64,000 bases of DNA from Alphaproteobacteria bacterium (lineage in GTDB: Bacteria > Pseudomonadota > Alphaproteobacteria > JAAXGF01), in the NCBI GenBank assembly GCA_963555825.3, contig CAUVXB020000001.1, forward strand, positions 1 through 64,000. Direction: 5' to 3'. The notes beneath the pieces are model-generated. The model was not told where the DNA came from, did not search any database, and was given only the letters and a program-made list of their open reading frames with translations. Positions 1 to 11,521 of this stretch are shown here, one piece after another; within the stretch, counting starts at the first letter, position 1, and the number at the start of each line of letters is the position of its first letter. Made by a program: the position numbers and the translations under genes.

Positions 1-67
1 CCATGAGGGCTGCCTTGATGGCGCAGGTGCCTCCTCCTGTCACTGTCGTCCCGTAGAGCTTGTACAT
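1..67 (-). CDS. Probable glutathione S-transferase family protein, N-terminus only (runs off window)
   Basis: Manual translation MYKLYGTTVTGGGTCAIKAALM with GGAG upstream; resembles GST N-terminal starts. Confidence 0.45.
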   Translation of the reverse strand, partial: MYKLYGTTVTGGGTCAIKAALM

Positions 68-171
68 CGTCAGTCTCCAGACGTCGGCAATCTATCTCGA
101 ACAGCCTCGCGGATCTCAAAAATTCGGCCCACTTTGGCGTTGCAGAGGCCGATTTAACTTAGGCGCTTCGA

Positions 172-1799
172 TCACTCGGGCAGACCGGCCTTGCGCAGGC
201 CATCGAGGTAGGGGGCGAGGCCGCCGGGATGTTTGGTCGGCAGCGTTTTCGCCAAGTACGAAAGAGAGACATCAGGCTTTTCTTTGAGCGCTGACGCGAC
301 GGCGTCGCGGGCTTCGTCGAGCCGGCCCAGATTGCCGAGCGCCGCAGCCAGCGCCGCTTGAGGCCAGTAGCCCTTGGCGCGCGGCAGACGGATCGTCTCG
401 TGCGCCCATTCGACACCCTCCTCGTAATCGTGCATCAGCGTACACGTCATCGAGTGGACGACCGTGGTTGCCCAATTCAGTGGATCGCGCGGGCTGAGCC
501 GTTAGATCCGGCCTAGCGCGAAGTAGGCAACCGGGTCCATGTCGTCCAAGGCAACGGCCTTCTTCGCCAGCGCAAATCCCGCCGAAGCACTTTCCTCCGG
601 ATTTTCCGAATAGCCGACCATCAAATTAATGTAGTGCGTATAGGCCTCGTGTGCGTATGCGGCGGGGAACGTCGGGTCGAGTTCGCGGGCGCGCTGGAAC
701 AACCGCAGCGCCTCGGTGACGCCCTCGCTGGTGAAGAGCCACATGTGCCAGAGCGCCCGGTGATAGGTCTCCCAGGCATCTAGGCTCTCGGGCGGTTTGC
801 GCGCCGCGCGCTCGCGCTCGAATGCGCGGAGCTCGGGCTCGACGACGCCGACGATTGTGCGCGTCATGTCGTCCTGCAGCTCGAAGATGTCCTCGATCAC
901 GCGGTCGTAACGCTCGGCCCAGACCTGCGTTCCGGCCGTCGCATCGACCAATTGGGCGGCGACTCGGACGCGGTTGCCAGCCTTGCGCACGCTGCCTTCG
1001 AGGACGTAGCGCACGCCCAATTCGCGGGCGACCTGCTTGGTGTCGGGGGGTCTTGGCCCTTGTAGGTGAACGTCGAATTGCGGTCGATCACGAAGAACCA
1101 GCGGTTCTTCGCCAGGGCAGCGATGACATCCTCGGTGATGCCGTCGGCGAGGTATTCCTGCTCGGCATCGCCCGACAGGTTGGTGAACGGCAGCACCGCG
1201 ATTGACGGCTTGTCGGGCAGCGCCAGCGGCTCGGCCGGAGGATCGGCAGCGGCCGGCTCGGCGCCGTCGAGTCGCGCGCTGTAGACGCGCAACGGCTTGG
1301 CGATGTTCTTGGCCCGCTTCTCGCCGAGATCATCGAAGGCCAGGTCGAGCTTGCCGTCGACCTGGTCGAACACCACCGCCGAGACGGCCACACCACCGGG
1401 CGCGCACAGTTCTTGCAGGCGCGCGGCGACGTTGACGCCATCGCCGTAGATGTCGTCGCCCTCGACGATGACGTCGCCGAGGTTGACGCCGATGCGGAAC
1501 TCGATGCGCTTGTCCGCCGGCACCTCGGCATTGCGCGCGGCGATGCCGTCCTGGACGGCGGCGGCGCATTGCACCGCGTCGACCACACTGGCGAATTCGA
1601 CCAGCGCGCCGTCGCCCATCAGCTTGACGATGCGGCCATTATGCGCCTCGACCGCCGGATCGATGCAGGCCTCGCGATGCGCCTTGAGCGCAATGAGCAT
1701 GCCCGCCTCATCGTCGCCCATGAGACGCGAATAGCCGACCACGTCGGCCGATAAGATCGCCGCGAGTCTTCGTTGCAAGAGGTCTCCCCCTGACGACAT
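172..1799 (-). pseudogene. Class III adenylate/guanylate cyclase-TolB-like-TPR protein, disrupted
   Basis: RRLAAILSADVVGYSRLM, KLMGDG, DIYGDGVNVAARL, PSIAVLPF, GVRYVLEGSVR and C-terminal LRKAGLPE spread over three ORFs; frameshift near 1045-1057; stop plus missing TPR segment at ~502. Confidence 0.85.
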
Positions 1800-2027
1800 G
1801 TAGACTGAATATTGCTCGCACGATAACGAGCACTGAGCGCCGGTCAAGCACTGGTCCTTGGAGCGCTGCGGGAATGTCGCGTGGCGGCGACAACGTCTGT
1901 TGCGTTGCCGCGTCAACTCTGGCATGTTCCGCGCGACTTTTTTGGCCGATGTTGCGCGCGCTGTCCGGGGTGGGCTCGTGCCGCGAATTCCGGCGCTTCC
2001 TCAAGTTGGGTTCGAAGGGGGATTAGA

Positions 2028-4103
2028 ATGCCTACCACCTATTGGTTGGTCGTCGCGAGCGGCGTCGTCGCGTTGCTCTATGGTGTATTCGCTGCCAAGT
2101 CTATCTTCGCGGCCGACCCCGGCGACGAGCGCATGCAGGAAATCGCCGGCGCCATTCAGGAAGGCGCGAGCGCGTATCTGAAACGCCAATATACGGCCAT
2201 CGCCATCGTCGGCGTGGTGGTCGGTGTCATCCTGGCAGCGACACTCGGCATCACGGTGGCCGTCGGATTCGTGATCGGCGCGGTGCTTTCCGGCGTGACC
2301 GGGTTCATCGGCATGAACGTCTCCGTGCGCGCCAACGTCCGCACCGCGCAAGCCGCGAAAACCGGCCTGAGCGGGGCGCTCGACATCGCCTTCAAATCAG
2401 GCGCGGTGACCGGACTTTTGGTGGTCGGGCTCGCGCTTCTCGGCGTTGTCGGTTACTACGGCGTGCTGATCAACGCCGGCGTCGAGCTTGGCGATGTAAT
2501 TTGGGCTCTGATCGCACTCGGCTTCGGCGGCTCGTTGATCTCGATTTTCGCCCGCCTCGGCGGCGGCATCTTTACCAAGGGCGCCGATGTGGGCGGCGAC
2601 CTGGTCGGCAAGATCGAGGCCGGAATTCCCGAGGACGACCCGCGCAACGCCGCGGTGATCGCCGATTCCGTCGGCGATAATGTCGGCGATTGCGCTGGCA
2701 TGGCGGCCGATCTGTTCGAGACCTATGTGGTCACCATGGTCGCCACCATGCTGCTGACGGTGATTTTCTTCACCGGTTCGGCGCTCGAATCACTGATTTT
2801 GTATCCCCTCGCCATCGGCGGCGTTTGCATCGTTACCTCGGTGATCGGCACCTTCTTCGTCCGCCTCGGCGGCAGTGAAAACATCATGGCGGCCCTGTAC
2901 AAGGGTTTTATGGTCACGGCGCTGCTGTCGGCCGTCGCGCTTTGGCCTCTGACCGACGCCATGATCGGCTTCGACAGCGAATTCACCATCGACGGGTTGA
3001 CCTTCACCGGACGGCATTTGTTCTATTGCGGACTCGTCGGGCTGGTGGTGACCGGCCTTTTGGTGTGGATTACCGAATATTACACATCGACCGATTTTCG
3101 CCCCGTGCGCGCCATCGCCAAGGCGTCCGAGACCGGCGCGGGCACCAACATCATTCAGGGCCTCGCCGTATCCATGGAGGCGACCGCCTTGCCGGTCATC
3201 GTGCTCTGCGGCGGCATTCTCGTCGCCTATAGCAACGCCGGTCTGTTCGGCATCGCCATCGCGGTCACCGCCATGCTCGCCCTGGCCGGCATGGTCGTCG
3301 CGCTGGACGCATACGGTCCAGTAACCGACAACGCCGGCGGTATCGCCGAGATGGCCGAGTTGCCCACCGACGTGCGCAAGACGACGGACGCGCTCGACGC
3401 CGTGGGCAACACTACCAAGGCGGTGACCAAGGGCTACGCCATCGGTTCGGCGGCGCTCGCGTCCCTGGTCCTGTTCGCCGCCTATACCGAGGAACTGGGG
3501 CGCTTGTTCCCCGATATCGGCGTGGTGTTCGAACTCCAGAACCCCTATGTCGTGGTCGGCTTGTTCATCGGCGGCATGCTGCCCTATCTGTTTGGCGCCC
3601 TGGGCATGATGGCGGTGGGTCGCGCAGCCGCGTCGGTGGTTGTCGAAGTGCGCCGCCAGTTCAAGGAGATCCCAGGCATCATGGAAGGCACGGCGAAGCC
3701 CGAATACGGCCGCGCCGTCGATCTTCTGACCCGCGCAGCGATCAAGGAAATGATCGTTCCGTCGCTGCTGCCGCTCCTGGCACCCGTGGCGTTCTATGGG
3801 GTGATCAATTTGGTCGGCGGCCAGGCCGCGGCGTTCGAGGCACTCGGCGCCATGCTACTCGGCACCATCGTCACCGGAATCTTCTTGGCCATCTCCATGA
3901 CCTCGGGCGGCGGTGCCTGGGACAATGCCAAGAAATACATCGAGGATGGCAACCACGGCGGCAAGGGGTCGGACGCCCATGTGGCGGCGGTCACCGGCGA
4001 TACGGTGGGCGATCCCTATAAGGACACGGCGGGACCGGCGATTAACCCGATGATCAAGATCATCAATATCGTCGCGCTGCTGCTGCTCGCGGCGCTCGCC
4101 TAG
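2028..4103 (+). CDS. hppA: Membrane H+-translocating pyrophosphatase, K+-independent type
   Basis: [33 protein letters not shown] motifs; GNTTKA (Lys) signature of K+-independent enzymes; ATG 2028. Confidence 0.95.
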   Translation: MPTTYWLVVASGVVALLYGVFAAKSIFAADPGDERMQEIAGAIQEGASAYLKRQYTAIAIVGVVVGVILAATLGITVAVGFVIGAVLSGVTGFIGMNVSVRANVRTAQAAKTGLSGALDIAFKSGAVTGLLVVGLALLGVVGYYGVLINAGVELGDVIWALIALGFGGSLISIFARLGGGIFTKGADVGGDLVGKIEAGIPEDDPRNAAVIADSVGDNVGDCAGMAADLFETYVVTMVATMLLTVIFFTGSALESLILYPLAIGGVCIVTSVIGTFFVRLGGSENIMAALYKGFMVTALLSAVALWPLTDAMIGFDSEFTIDGLTFTGRHLFYCGLVGLVVTGLLVWITEYYTSTDFRPVRAIAKASETGAGTNIIQGLAVSMEATALPVIVLCGGILVAYSNAGLFGIAIAVTAMLALAGMVVALDAYGPVTDNAGGIAEMAELPTDVRKTTDALDAVGNTTKAVTKGYAIGSAALASLVLFAAYTEELGRLFPDIGVVFELQNPYVVVGLFIGGMLPYLFGALGMMAVGRAAASVVVEVRRQFKEIPGIMEGTAKPEYGRAVDLLTRAAIKEMIVPSLLPLLAPVAFYGVINLVGGQAAAFEALGAMLLGTIVTGIFLAISMTSGGGAWDNAKKYIEDGNHGGKGSDAHVAAVTGDTVGDPYKDTAGPAINPMIKIINIVALLLLAALA

Positions 4104-4136
4104 GAGCGGTTCCGAGCGCGGCGGAAAGGGAAGGGG

Positions 4137-4580
4137 CTATTCCGAATCCTTGCGCGCGAAGCGGCCGATGTTGCCGATCAGCTGTTGCAGGATCGTGACT
4201 TCCTTGCCACTGGTCGGTGTCACCCGATCGACGATTTCCACGGCGCGGGCGTCGTCCATGCCATAGGTGTCGATCGCCGCGACCAGGCCGTTCTCGTCGA
4301 ATCGTATGGCGACGACCTGTTGATCGATCACTTCGGGTTCGTTGAACGCGACGGTCTCGACGCGCGCGGCGATGTAGTACCAGATCTCGTCGCCGAAGGT
4401 CGCGGCGCTCGACGGCGAGCCGAGCAGAATGGCGACGTCGTCGCGCGAGGCCTCACCGGGTACAATCTCGGCGAGTTTGTCCGGATCGGGCAGGTTGCCG
4501 CGGGTCGCGACGTTCGGCGTACATGCCGAAACTGCGGCGATCATGACCGCACAGACGATGGAGAGTATGACCGGTTTCAT
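4137..4580 (-). CDS. bamE: Outer membrane assembly lipoprotein BamE/OmlA
   Basis: Lipobox VSAC, LLGSPS...WYY motif; divergent from cbp3-like gene as in Alphaproteobacteria. Confidence 0.9.
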   Translation of the reverse strand: MKPVILSIVCAVMIAAVSACTPNVATRGNLPDPDKLAEIVPGEASRDDVAILLGSPSSAATFGDEIWYYIAARVETVAFNEPEVIDQQVVAIRFDENGLVAAIDTYGMDDARAVEIVDRVTPTSGKEVTILQQLIGNIGRFARKDSE

Positions 4581-4733
4581 TGATGTCTTCTGCACGTGCC
4601 ACCGACGCAGCCAGCGACCTCGATGCTTTGTTTGGATCGAGCGCGACGCTGCAAGGAAGGGCGTTTCGTTGTCGAGGCATTCATTGCACCGGCAAACCGG
4701 CCATGTCAACCTGCGCTCCGAGCGAGAACTTCG

Positions 4734-5285
4734 GTGATCGGCAAGGTTCGCTGGTTCGGCCGCAACGAGATGCACGATCGCGCCAGACAGCTCTATATGC
4801 TGGTTGTCGAACAGGCGCGCCAGCCGGCGTTCTATCGTGATCTGGGTGTGCCGGACACGCTTGACGGCCACTTCGAGATGATCGTGTTGCATATGGTGAT
4901 GATGCTACGCGCGTTACGGCGCGATGGCGATGACGGCATCGAGTTGGGTCAATTGGTGTTCGACGTGATGATGGACGATATGGATAGCTCGTTGCGTGAA
5001 ATGGGCGTCGGTGACCTCGGCGTCGGGCGGCGTGTCAAGGCGATGGCGCAGGCCTTCTATGGCCGTGCGACGGCCTATGAGGCGGCGCTTGCCGCCGATG
5101 AAGATACGCTGGACCAGGCGTTGCGGCGCAATCTTTATGCGACGGCCGAACCCGTCGGGGATGACGTGGCGGCGATGATCGTCTATGTCCTTCGGGAATT
5201 CGGCGCAATTGACGCCGGCGTGGCGATGTCGGCAACGGCAGGCGAATTCCGTTTCGGTGCTCCGCCTGATCGGCATGAGGGTTGA
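4734..5285 (+). CDS. Ubiquinol-cytochrome c chaperone (Cbp3 family)
   Basis: GVPDTLDGHFEMIVLH, DMDSSLREMGVGDLGVGRRVK, FYGRA motifs; start approximate. Confidence 0.9.
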   Translation: MIGKVRWFGRNEMHDRARQLYMLVVEQARQPAFYRDLGVPDTLDGHFEMIVLHMVMMLRALRRDGDDGIELGQLVFDVMMDDMDSSLREMGVGDLGVGRRVKAMAQAFYGRATAYEAALAADEDTLDQALRRNLYATAEPVGDDVAAMIVYVLREFGAIDAGVAMSATAGEFRFGAPPDRHEG

Positions 5286-5291
5286 AGGACG

Positions 5292-5837
5292 ATGACCGAA
5301 TTAGTGGTGAACGAACTCGCGCGCCTGGTGTCGCTGGCCAGCATCGGTAATGCTGAACGGTCGATCATAATCGAGGTCACGGTGGGTGAGCGCGAGGCGC
5401 TCGCGCGCCGGTTCGGTCTTGAGTCGCTCGATCGCATGACCGCGTCGGCCACGATTTGGCGGCTCAATGACGGCGCTGTGCGGCTTCGAATCGCGTTCGC
5501 CGCCGATGTCGTCCAGCATTGCGTCGCAACCCTCGAACCCATCGAGGCTCGGGTCGAAGGCGAAGAGGATATTCTCCTGGTGCGTCCTGGCGCGAATTCG
5601 GTGGAAGTCGAGATCGACCCGACCGACGACGAGCCCGAGCCGTTGCTTGGCGAGACGCTCGATATCGGCGAGGTGGTCGCCGAGCAATTCGGCCTTGCAC
5701 TCGATCCGTATCCGCGCAAAACGGGGGTCGAGTTCAGGGTCGACACGGCGCGCTCGAACGACGGTGACGATCGAGGTTCGCCGTTCGAGGTGTTACGCGG
5801 CTTGACCGCGGGGCGCGAGGGCGCATCCGGCGGCTGA
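5292..5837 (+). CDS. DUF177/YceD family protein
   Basis: QHCVATLEP, LALDPYPRK, SPFEVL motifs; precedes rpmF. Confidence 0.88.
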   Translation: MTELVVNELARLVSLASIGNAERSIIIEVTVGEREALARRFGLESLDRMTASATIWRLNDGAVRLRIAFAADVVQHCVATLEPIEARVEGEEDILLVRPGANSVEVEIDPTDDEPEPLLGETLDIGEVVAEQFGLALDPYPRKTGVEFRVDTARSNDGDDRGSPFEVLRGLTAGREGASGG

Positions 5838-5914
5838 GCAGCTTGCTCTTGTGAAAATTACTTGGTAAAGCACGCCGTTTTGCGCATAACGTTACAATTG
5901 TAGAGACGAACACA

Positions 5915-6100
5915 ATGGCCGTTCCAAAGAAGAAAACATCGAAATCCCGGCGCGACATGCGGCGGTCCCATCATGCCTTGAAGGGTGCCAAGCTCACCGA
6001 ATGTCCGAACTGCGGCGAGCTTAAGCAACCGCATCACGTTTGCCAGGCGTGCGGCCACTACAACGACCGCGAGATCGTTGAGGGGGTGGGTGCGATATAG
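5915..6100 (+). CDS. rpmF: 50S ribosomal protein L32
   Basis: [23 protein letters not shown]...HHVCQAC zinc ribbon. Confidence 0.98.
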   Translation: MAVPKKKTSKSRRDMRRSHHALKGAKLTECPNCGELKQPHHVCQACGHYNDREIVEGVGAI

Positions 6101-6112
6101 CACGCCGCATCG

Positions 6113-7297
6113 CTAGTGTCCTGATCGATAAATTGATATGATTATGTCTCTATTTGTTTTTAGGAGGCGCGATTGATGGCGAGAGTGGCGGTGACGATCT
6201 CTTTGAGCGATGACGAGCGCGCCGAATTGGAGGCGCTGTCTCGTCGTCGCAAGACGTCGCAGGGGCTTGCGCGGCGGGCTCGGATCGTCTTGGCGGCGGC
6301 GGAAGGGTTGGAGAACAAGGAGATCGCCGTTCGTCTCGAGGCGAGCGCGGACACCGTGGGCAAGTGGCGTCGCCGCTATGCGGCGGAGGGCCTCGACGGT
6401 CTGTACGACGAACCCCGCCCCGGCGCGCCGCGTCAAATCGGCGATGACGCCATCGCGGAAGCGGTCCGGCTGACGCTGGAAGAGACGCCGCCGGACGCGA
6501 CCCATTGGAGCCTTCGCTCGATGGCGCGGGCGAGCGGCCACGCGCCCTCGACCATTCATCGCATCTGGCGGGCCTTCGGCTTGCAGCCGCATCGCTCGGA
6601 GACCTTCAAGCTGTCGAGCGATCCCTTCTTCGTGGAGAAGGTCCGCGACATCGTCGGTCTGTATTTGGCGCCGCCGGATCGTGCCCTGGTTCTCTGTGTC
6701 GACGAAAAGAGCCAGATCCAGGCCCTGGACCGTTCCCAGCCCCTCTTGCCGATGCGCCCCGGGCAGGCGGAGCGGCGCAGCCACGACTACAAGCGCCACG
6801 GCACGACCTCTCTCTTCGCGGCCCTCGACATCGCCACGGGAGAGATCATCGGCAAATGTTTCCCGCGCCATCGGGCCCGAGAGTTCCGCAAATTCCTCGA
6901 CCTCGTCGAGGCGAACGTCCCTGCTGATCTCGACATCCACATCGTCATGGACAACTACGGGACCCACAAGACCAAGGCGATCCGCGACTGGTTCGCCAAA
7001 CGGCCGCGCTGGCAGGCCCATTTCACACCCACCAGCGCCTCCTGGCTGAACCAGGTCGAGCGCTGGTTCGGGCTGCTGACCGACAAGCAGATCAGGCGCG
7101 GCGTCCATCGCTCCACCAAGGAGTTGGAGCGCACCATCCTCGACTACATCGACACGACAAACCAGAACCCCAAACCCTTCAAATGGACCAAATCCGCCGA
7201 TGACATCCTCGGCGCCATCCAGCGCTTCTGCCTCCGAACAATCGAAATCGCTGAACAGCAGGCGAAAATCATGCGAACTTCGGAATCGGGACACTAG
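6113..7297 (+). mobile_element. IS630-family element (single ORF) between rpmF and plsX
   Basis: Ends CTAGTGTCCTGAT / ATCGGGACACTAG, with CTAG at both ends. Confidence 0.93.
6173..7297 (+). CDS. IS630 transposase
   Basis: HTH plus DDE: [27 protein letters not shown]. Confidence 0.95.
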   Translation: MMARVAVTISLSDDERAELEALSRRRKTSQGLARRARIVLAAAEGLENKEIAVRLEASADTVGKWRRRYAAEGLDGLYDEPRPGAPRQIGDDAIAEAVRLTLEETPPDATHWSLRSMARASGHAPSTIHRIWRAFGLQPHRSETFKLSSDPFFVEKVRDIVGLYLAPPDRALVLCVDEKSQIQALDRSQPLLPMRPGQAERRSHDYKRHGTTSLFAALDIATGEIIGKCFPRHRAREFRKFLDLVEANVPADLDIHIVMDNYGTHKTKAIRDWFAKRPRWQAHFTPTSASWLNQVERWFGLLTDKQIRRGVHRSTKELERTILDYIDTTNQNPKPFKWTKSADDILGAIQRFCLRTIEIAEQQAKIMRTSESGH

Positions 7298-7315
7298 CTT
7301 AAGAGGCCAGAACAG

Positions 7316-8365
7316 GTGAACCAGCCGATTACCATAGCGCTTGACGCCATGGGCGGTGATCACGGGCCTGCGGTGGTGCTGGAAGGCGCGGACAGAGCGC
7401 GCCTGCGTTTTCCTGGTACGCATTTCCTGTTGTTCGGCGACCAGGCAAAGCTGAACGTGCTGCTCGAACGCAACGCCGGATTGGCGTCGGTCTCGATGGT
7501 CCACCATACGGATGTGGCGATCGGGTCGGATGAGAAACCGTCGGTCGCTTTGCGTCAAGGACGCAATTCCAGCATGCGCCTTGCCATCCAGGCGGTGCGT
7601 GACGGTGCTGCCGCGGGTGTCGTCTCGGCGGGCAATACGGGCGCGCTGATGGCGATGTCCAAGATAGTGCTCAAAACGCTTCCGGGTATTCATCGCCCCG
7701 CGCTCGCCACGGTATTTCCGACCATGCGTGGTGAAACCGTCGTGCTCGACCTAGGCGCCAACGCCGAGTGCACGGCCGAAAACCTGGTCCAGTTCGCGGT
7801 CATGGGCGAGGTCTTCGCGCGTACCGTGATCGGCGTCGTCAAGCCGACGGTTGGGCTGTTGAACATCGGCATCGAGATCACCAAGGGCAACGAAACCGTG
7901 CGCAATGCGGCGAAGCTGCTTGACGAGGGAAATTTGCCGATCGTCTTCCACGGCTTCATCGAGGGTGACGACATCACCGCGGGCACCGTTGACGTTGCGG
8001 TTACTGACGGGTTCACCGGCAATATTGCCTTGAAGACGGCCGAGGGGACCGCACACCTCATCGCCGATTATCTCCGGGCGGCATTCAAGCAATCATTGAT
8101 GTCGCGGCTGGGTTATCTCCTTGCGCGGTCGGCCTTGAACACGATGCGCGCCCGGGTCGACCCGCGCCACTACAACGGTGCCGTGTTCCTTGGCCTCAAC
8201 GGCATCGCGGTCAAGAGCCATGGCGGCACCGACGCGCTCGGGTTTTCCAATGCCATCGGTGTTGCCGTCAACATGGCAGCGCAGGGTTTCAATGACAAAG
8301 TCATCGCGGAACTCAACCAGTGGCACGCTGATCACGTTGCAAACGAAAAGGCAGCTACAGTTTGA
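7316..8365 (+). CDS. plsX: Phosphate acyltransferase PlsX
   Basis: [30 protein letters not shown]. Confidence 0.97.
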   Translation: MNQPITIALDAMGGDHGPAVVLEGADRARLRFPGTHFLLFGDQAKLNVLLERNAGLASVSMVHHTDVAIGSDEKPSVALRQGRNSSMRLAIQAVRDGAAAGVVSAGNTGALMAMSKIVLKTLPGIHRPALATVFPTMRGETVVLDLGANAECTAENLVQFAVMGEVFARTVIGVVKPTVGLLNIGIEITKGNETVRNAAKLLDEGNLPIVFHGFIEGDDITAGTVDVAVTDGFTGNIALKTAEGTAHLIADYLRAAFKQSLMSRLGYLLARSALNTMRARVDPRHYNGAVFLGLNGIAVKSHGGTDALGFSNAIGVAVNMAAQGFNDKVIAELNQWHADHVANEKAATV

Positions 8366-9339
8366 AAATTTACCAATCACGCGTTGCCGGATGGGGTTCG
8401 TACCTGCCAGAGCGCGTCGTCACAAATCGCGATCTTGCCGAGTTCGTCGATACGTCTGACAACTGGATCGTCGACCGTACGGGGATTCAACAGCGCCATA
8501 TTGCCGCGACCGGCGAGTACACGTCGGATTTGGCTACCCGGGCCGCCGAACGAGCGCTTGAAAGCGCGGGTGTCGATGCATCGGACGTCGACCTCATCGT
8601 CGTCGCGACGGCGACGCCGGATCAGACGTTTCCAGCCACTGCGGTCAAAGTTCAAGCCGAACTCGGCGTCAGCCGCGGCGCTGCGTTCGACGTTCAGGCG
8701 GTGTGTACGGGCTTCGTCTATGCGCTGGCCGTGACCGATAACTTCATCCGGCTGGGACAGGCCGATTGCGCCATTGTCATTGGCGCGGAAACGTTTTCTC
8801 GAATACTCGATTGGAACGACCGGTCGACCTGTGTGCTGTTCGGCGACGGTGCGGGCGCCTTGGTGATGCGCGCCAGCGAGGCAAAACCGGGCAACAGTTC
8901 GCCGGGCGTACTGTCGACCCATCTGCACGCCGACGGGACGAAGCGGGGTTTCCTTTACGTCGATGGCGGGCCCTCGACGACGCAGACCACTGGCCATTTG
9001 CGCATGTCGGGCCGCGAAGTTTTCCGGCACGCGGTCGGATTGCTCGCCGCTGCCGTCGACGAGGCGCTGGAGGCCAACGGACTCGAGCCGGGCGACATCG
9101 ACTGGCTGGTGCCGCATCAAGCGAACAAACGGATCATCGACGCGACCGCGAAGAAACTCGGCATGCCCGAGGACAAGATCGTCTATACAATCGACCATCA
9201 TGCCAACACGTCGGCGGCATCGATCCCGCTGGCGCTGGCACAGGCGGCTGGAGACGGTCGCATTCAGCCCGGGCATCTGATCCTGATCGAGGGTATGGGC
9301 GGCGGCTTCACCTGGGGATCAGCCGTTATCCGCTGGTAG
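8362..9339 (+). CDS. fabH: 3-oxoacyl-ACP synthase III
   Basis: AVCTGF, LFGDGAG, PHQAN, NTSAAS catalytic motifs. Confidence 0.97.
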   Translation: MKIYQSRVAGWGSYLPERVVTNRDLAEFVDTSDNWIVDRTGIQQRHIAATGEYTSDLATRAAERALESAGVDASDVDLIVVATATPDQTFPATAVKVQAELGVSRGAAFDVQAVCTGFVYALAVTDNFIRLGQADCAIVIGAETFSRILDWNDRSTCVLFGDGAGALVMRASEAKPGNSSPGVLSTHLHADGTKRGFLYVDGGPSTTQTTGHLRMSGREVFRHAVGLLAAAVDEALEANGLEPGDIDWLVPHQANKRIIDATAKKLGMPEDKIVYTIDHHANTSAASIPLALAQAAGDGRIQPGHLILIEGMGGGFTWGSAVIRW

Positions 9340-9393
9340 GCTGGCTCATCGAACGCGAGGTTCGCATTAGCGAACCATTGCATCCCTTTGATA

Positions 9394-9422
9394 TTGACGG
9401 TTTTTTCATAATGCTGTAGGTT
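9394..9422 (+). promoter_or_regulatory. Putative sigma70 promoter of ihfA
   Basis: TTGACG-N17-TAGGTT. Confidence 0.4.
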
Positions 9423-9451
9423 TTGTCTTTGGCCCCGATTGGCATGGAGCG

Positions 9452-9763
9452 ATGGCCGGGATGACTGTCACGAGATCCGATCTCACCGAGGCGGTATACC
9501 AGGAAGTCGGCCTGTCACGGAACGAGTCGGCTCAGCTGGTCGAATCCGTGTTGCACGAAATCGTCGATACACTGGCGCAGGGCGAACCGGTCAAGCTTTC
9601 GTCGTTCGGCACGTTCTCGGTGGTCAACAAGGCACAGCGCATCGGCCGCAATCCCAAGACCGGTGAGGAAGTGCCAATTCTGCCGCGGCGCGTTCTGGTG
9701 TTTCGCGCCTCCCATGTGCTCAAGGATCGAATCAACCCGACGACCGCATGGAGCGATGACTGA
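9452..9763 (+). CDS. ihfA: Integration host factor alpha
   Basis: [30 protein letters not shown]; conserved position after fabH. Confidence 0.96.
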   Translation: MAGMTVTRSDLTEAVYQEVGLSRNESAQLVESVLHEIVDTLAQGEPVKLSSFGTFSVVNKAQRIGRNPKTGEEVPILPRRVLVFRASHVLKDRINPTTAWSDD

Positions 9764-9765
9764 TC

Positions 9766-10173
9766 ATGGCGACCGCGCCCTCGACCGCGAGGACGGATCG
9801 CCGCTCGGGTAAGTCGCCCGCGGCGTTCAAGACGATTAGCGAAGTCGCTGGACAGCTTGACGTGCCGCAACATGTGCTGCGCTTCTGGGAAACCCGATTT
9901 TCCCAAATTCGGCCACTGAAGCGGGGCGGTGGGCGCCGGTATTACCGACCCGAGGATATCGAACTTCTCGACCGCATAAAGACGCTGCTTTATGCCGATG
10001 GCTATACCATCAAGGGCGTGCAAAAACTGCTGCGGGAAAGCGGCCGCGGCCCGGCCGCACTCGACGTCACCGAAACCGAAGAAGCCGCGCCGTCCGACGG
10101 TAGGCAAGCCGAGATCGAAGCGGTCTTGGCCGAGCTCGTTGCCATCCGAAATCTACTCAAAAACACATCCTGA
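9766..10173 (+). CDS. MerR-family HTH regulator
   Basis: TISEVA...HVLRFWE...RRYYRPED; conserved ihfA neighbour. Confidence 0.92.
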   Translation: MATAPSTARTDRRSGKSPAAFKTISEVAGQLDVPQHVLRFWETRFSQIRPLKRGGGRRYYRPEDIELLDRIKTLLYADGYTIKGVQKLLRESGRGPAALDVTETEEAAPSDGRQAEIEAVLAELVAIRNLLKNTS

Positions 10174-10177
10174 CGCG

Positions 10178-10206
10178 TTGCCTCGTCTCCCTATGGCGGC
10201 TATAGT
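10178..10206 (+). promoter_or_regulatory. Putative sigma70 promoter of tRNA-Pro
   Basis: TTGCCT-N17-TATAGT followed by a GC-rich discriminator. Confidence 0.55.
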
Positions 10207-10241
10207 GCGGCCGCGTCGGCGATACACCGTCGAACGTTGGC

Positions 10242-10318
10242 CGGAGCGTGGCGCAGTCTGGTAGCGCACTTGTCTGGGGGACAAGGGGTCGGTGGTTCGA
10301 ATCCACTCGCTCCGACCA
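10242..10318 (+). tRNA. tRNA-Pro(GGG)
   Basis: Acceptor CGGAGCG/CGCTCCG, anticodon arm CTTGT-CTGGGGG-ACAAG, GTTCGAATC, CCA end. Confidence 0.97.
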
Positions 10319-10470
10319 TTTTTTTTAATAGGTTATGCCGTGTTTCTAAGAGATCACTTTGGTTGTTCCTGGTATCATTTAATGCATGACATTAGACGGC
10401 GGGCTCGGCGCAAATGCCGCCGTTCATGCGGTGCTGCCGGGGGTGCTGCACTTCGTAGGGAGGGGGCGTA

Positions 10471-11136
10471 ATGGCGCTGGAACTCAAAACTGCGCCCGAA
10501 GGGTTGATGTCGGACGCCGAACTTGCCGCATGGCATGACATTCCGCCGGCCGTAATCAGCGACGAATTGAACCGAACGGGGGCCATGGCCGCGGCCATCA
10601 AACCCCTGGCGCCGGGCATGAAGGTTGTCGGCCAGGCGCTGACGGTTCAGACGATGGTCGGTGACAATGCGGCGCTGCATTACTGCTTGACGGTCGCCTG
10701 GCCTGGCGCTGTCATCGTCGTCGATGCGCGTGGACACCTGGATACGGCTGTGTGGGGCGGTATCCTTACCTACGCTGCGAAGCATGTCGGAGTCGCCGGC
10801 GTGGTCGTCGACGGCAGCGTTCGTGACGTTGCCGAACTGCGGGAATCCGGGCTCGCCGTGTATGCACGGGGCGCCATCCCAAGCGGACCTCACAAGGGAT
10901 GGGGCGGTAGCGTCAACGTGCCGATTCAATGTGGCGGCGTGGCCGTCGATCCGGGTGATCTGATCGTCGCCGACGACGATGGCGTGGTGTCCGTCGGGCG
11001 CCGTCATTTGGACGGCTTGCTGGCGCGCTGTCGCGCACGCCTCGAGCGCGAGGCGGTGATGCTGCAACGGATCGACGCGGGCGCGACGACCGTTGATCTA
11101 CAGGGGCTGCCGCCGGCCGAAAAATTCGGCGGCTAA
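10471..11136 (+). CDS. RraA/HMG aldolase family protein
   Basis: AVWGG, DGSVRD, PGDLIVADDDGVV motifs. Confidence 0.88.
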   Translation: MALELKTAPEGLMSDAELAAWHDIPPAVISDELNRTGAMAAAIKPLAPGMKVVGQALTVQTMVGDNAALHYCLTVAWPGAVIVVDARGHLDTAVWGGILTYAAKHVGVAGVVVDGSVRDVAELRESGLAVYARGAIPSGPHKGWGGSVNVPIQCGGVAVDPGDLIVADDDGVVSVGRRHLDGLLARCRARLEREAVMLQRIDAGATTVDLQGLPPAEKFGG

Positions 11137-11282
11137 ACGTTGCGATACCTCGGTCCGGTCAGCGATTGAAATTGGGCAACCGTCGAAGGGCCGGATCGAC
11201 CTTGGGCCGCTTCACGAACTTCTTGGATTCGAGCCGGGGCACCCCGAATTTGGCACCTTCAACCGGCTGATAGGACGACGCT

Positions 11283-11403
11283 TGCCTATCCGGTTTACAC
11301 CCACACCCACTAGGGCTAGAATGGGCGCAAACCGGATATAGGGGAGCGCGCCATGGATGTTCTCGACCGCGCCGATCTCCCATTCCCGCATTCGCTACCC
11401 GAG
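11283..11403 (+). mobile_element. IS1595-like left-end stub, truncated by IS21
   Basis: CCTATCCGGTTTACACCCA / TGGGCGCAAACCGGATA inverted pair; ORF 11353-11403 MDVLDRADLPFPHSLPE recalls IS1595 transposase N-termini. Confidence 0.6.
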
Positions 11404-11521
11404 TGAGAACGGCAGAGCAATAATCCCCCACTGAAGCGGCCGGTCGATCCGGCTGCGGCGGACCAAAATGGGACCGCGTATAGCCTTCTGTCAGGGTTGC
11501 TCTGACTGGAAGGCGGGGGGG

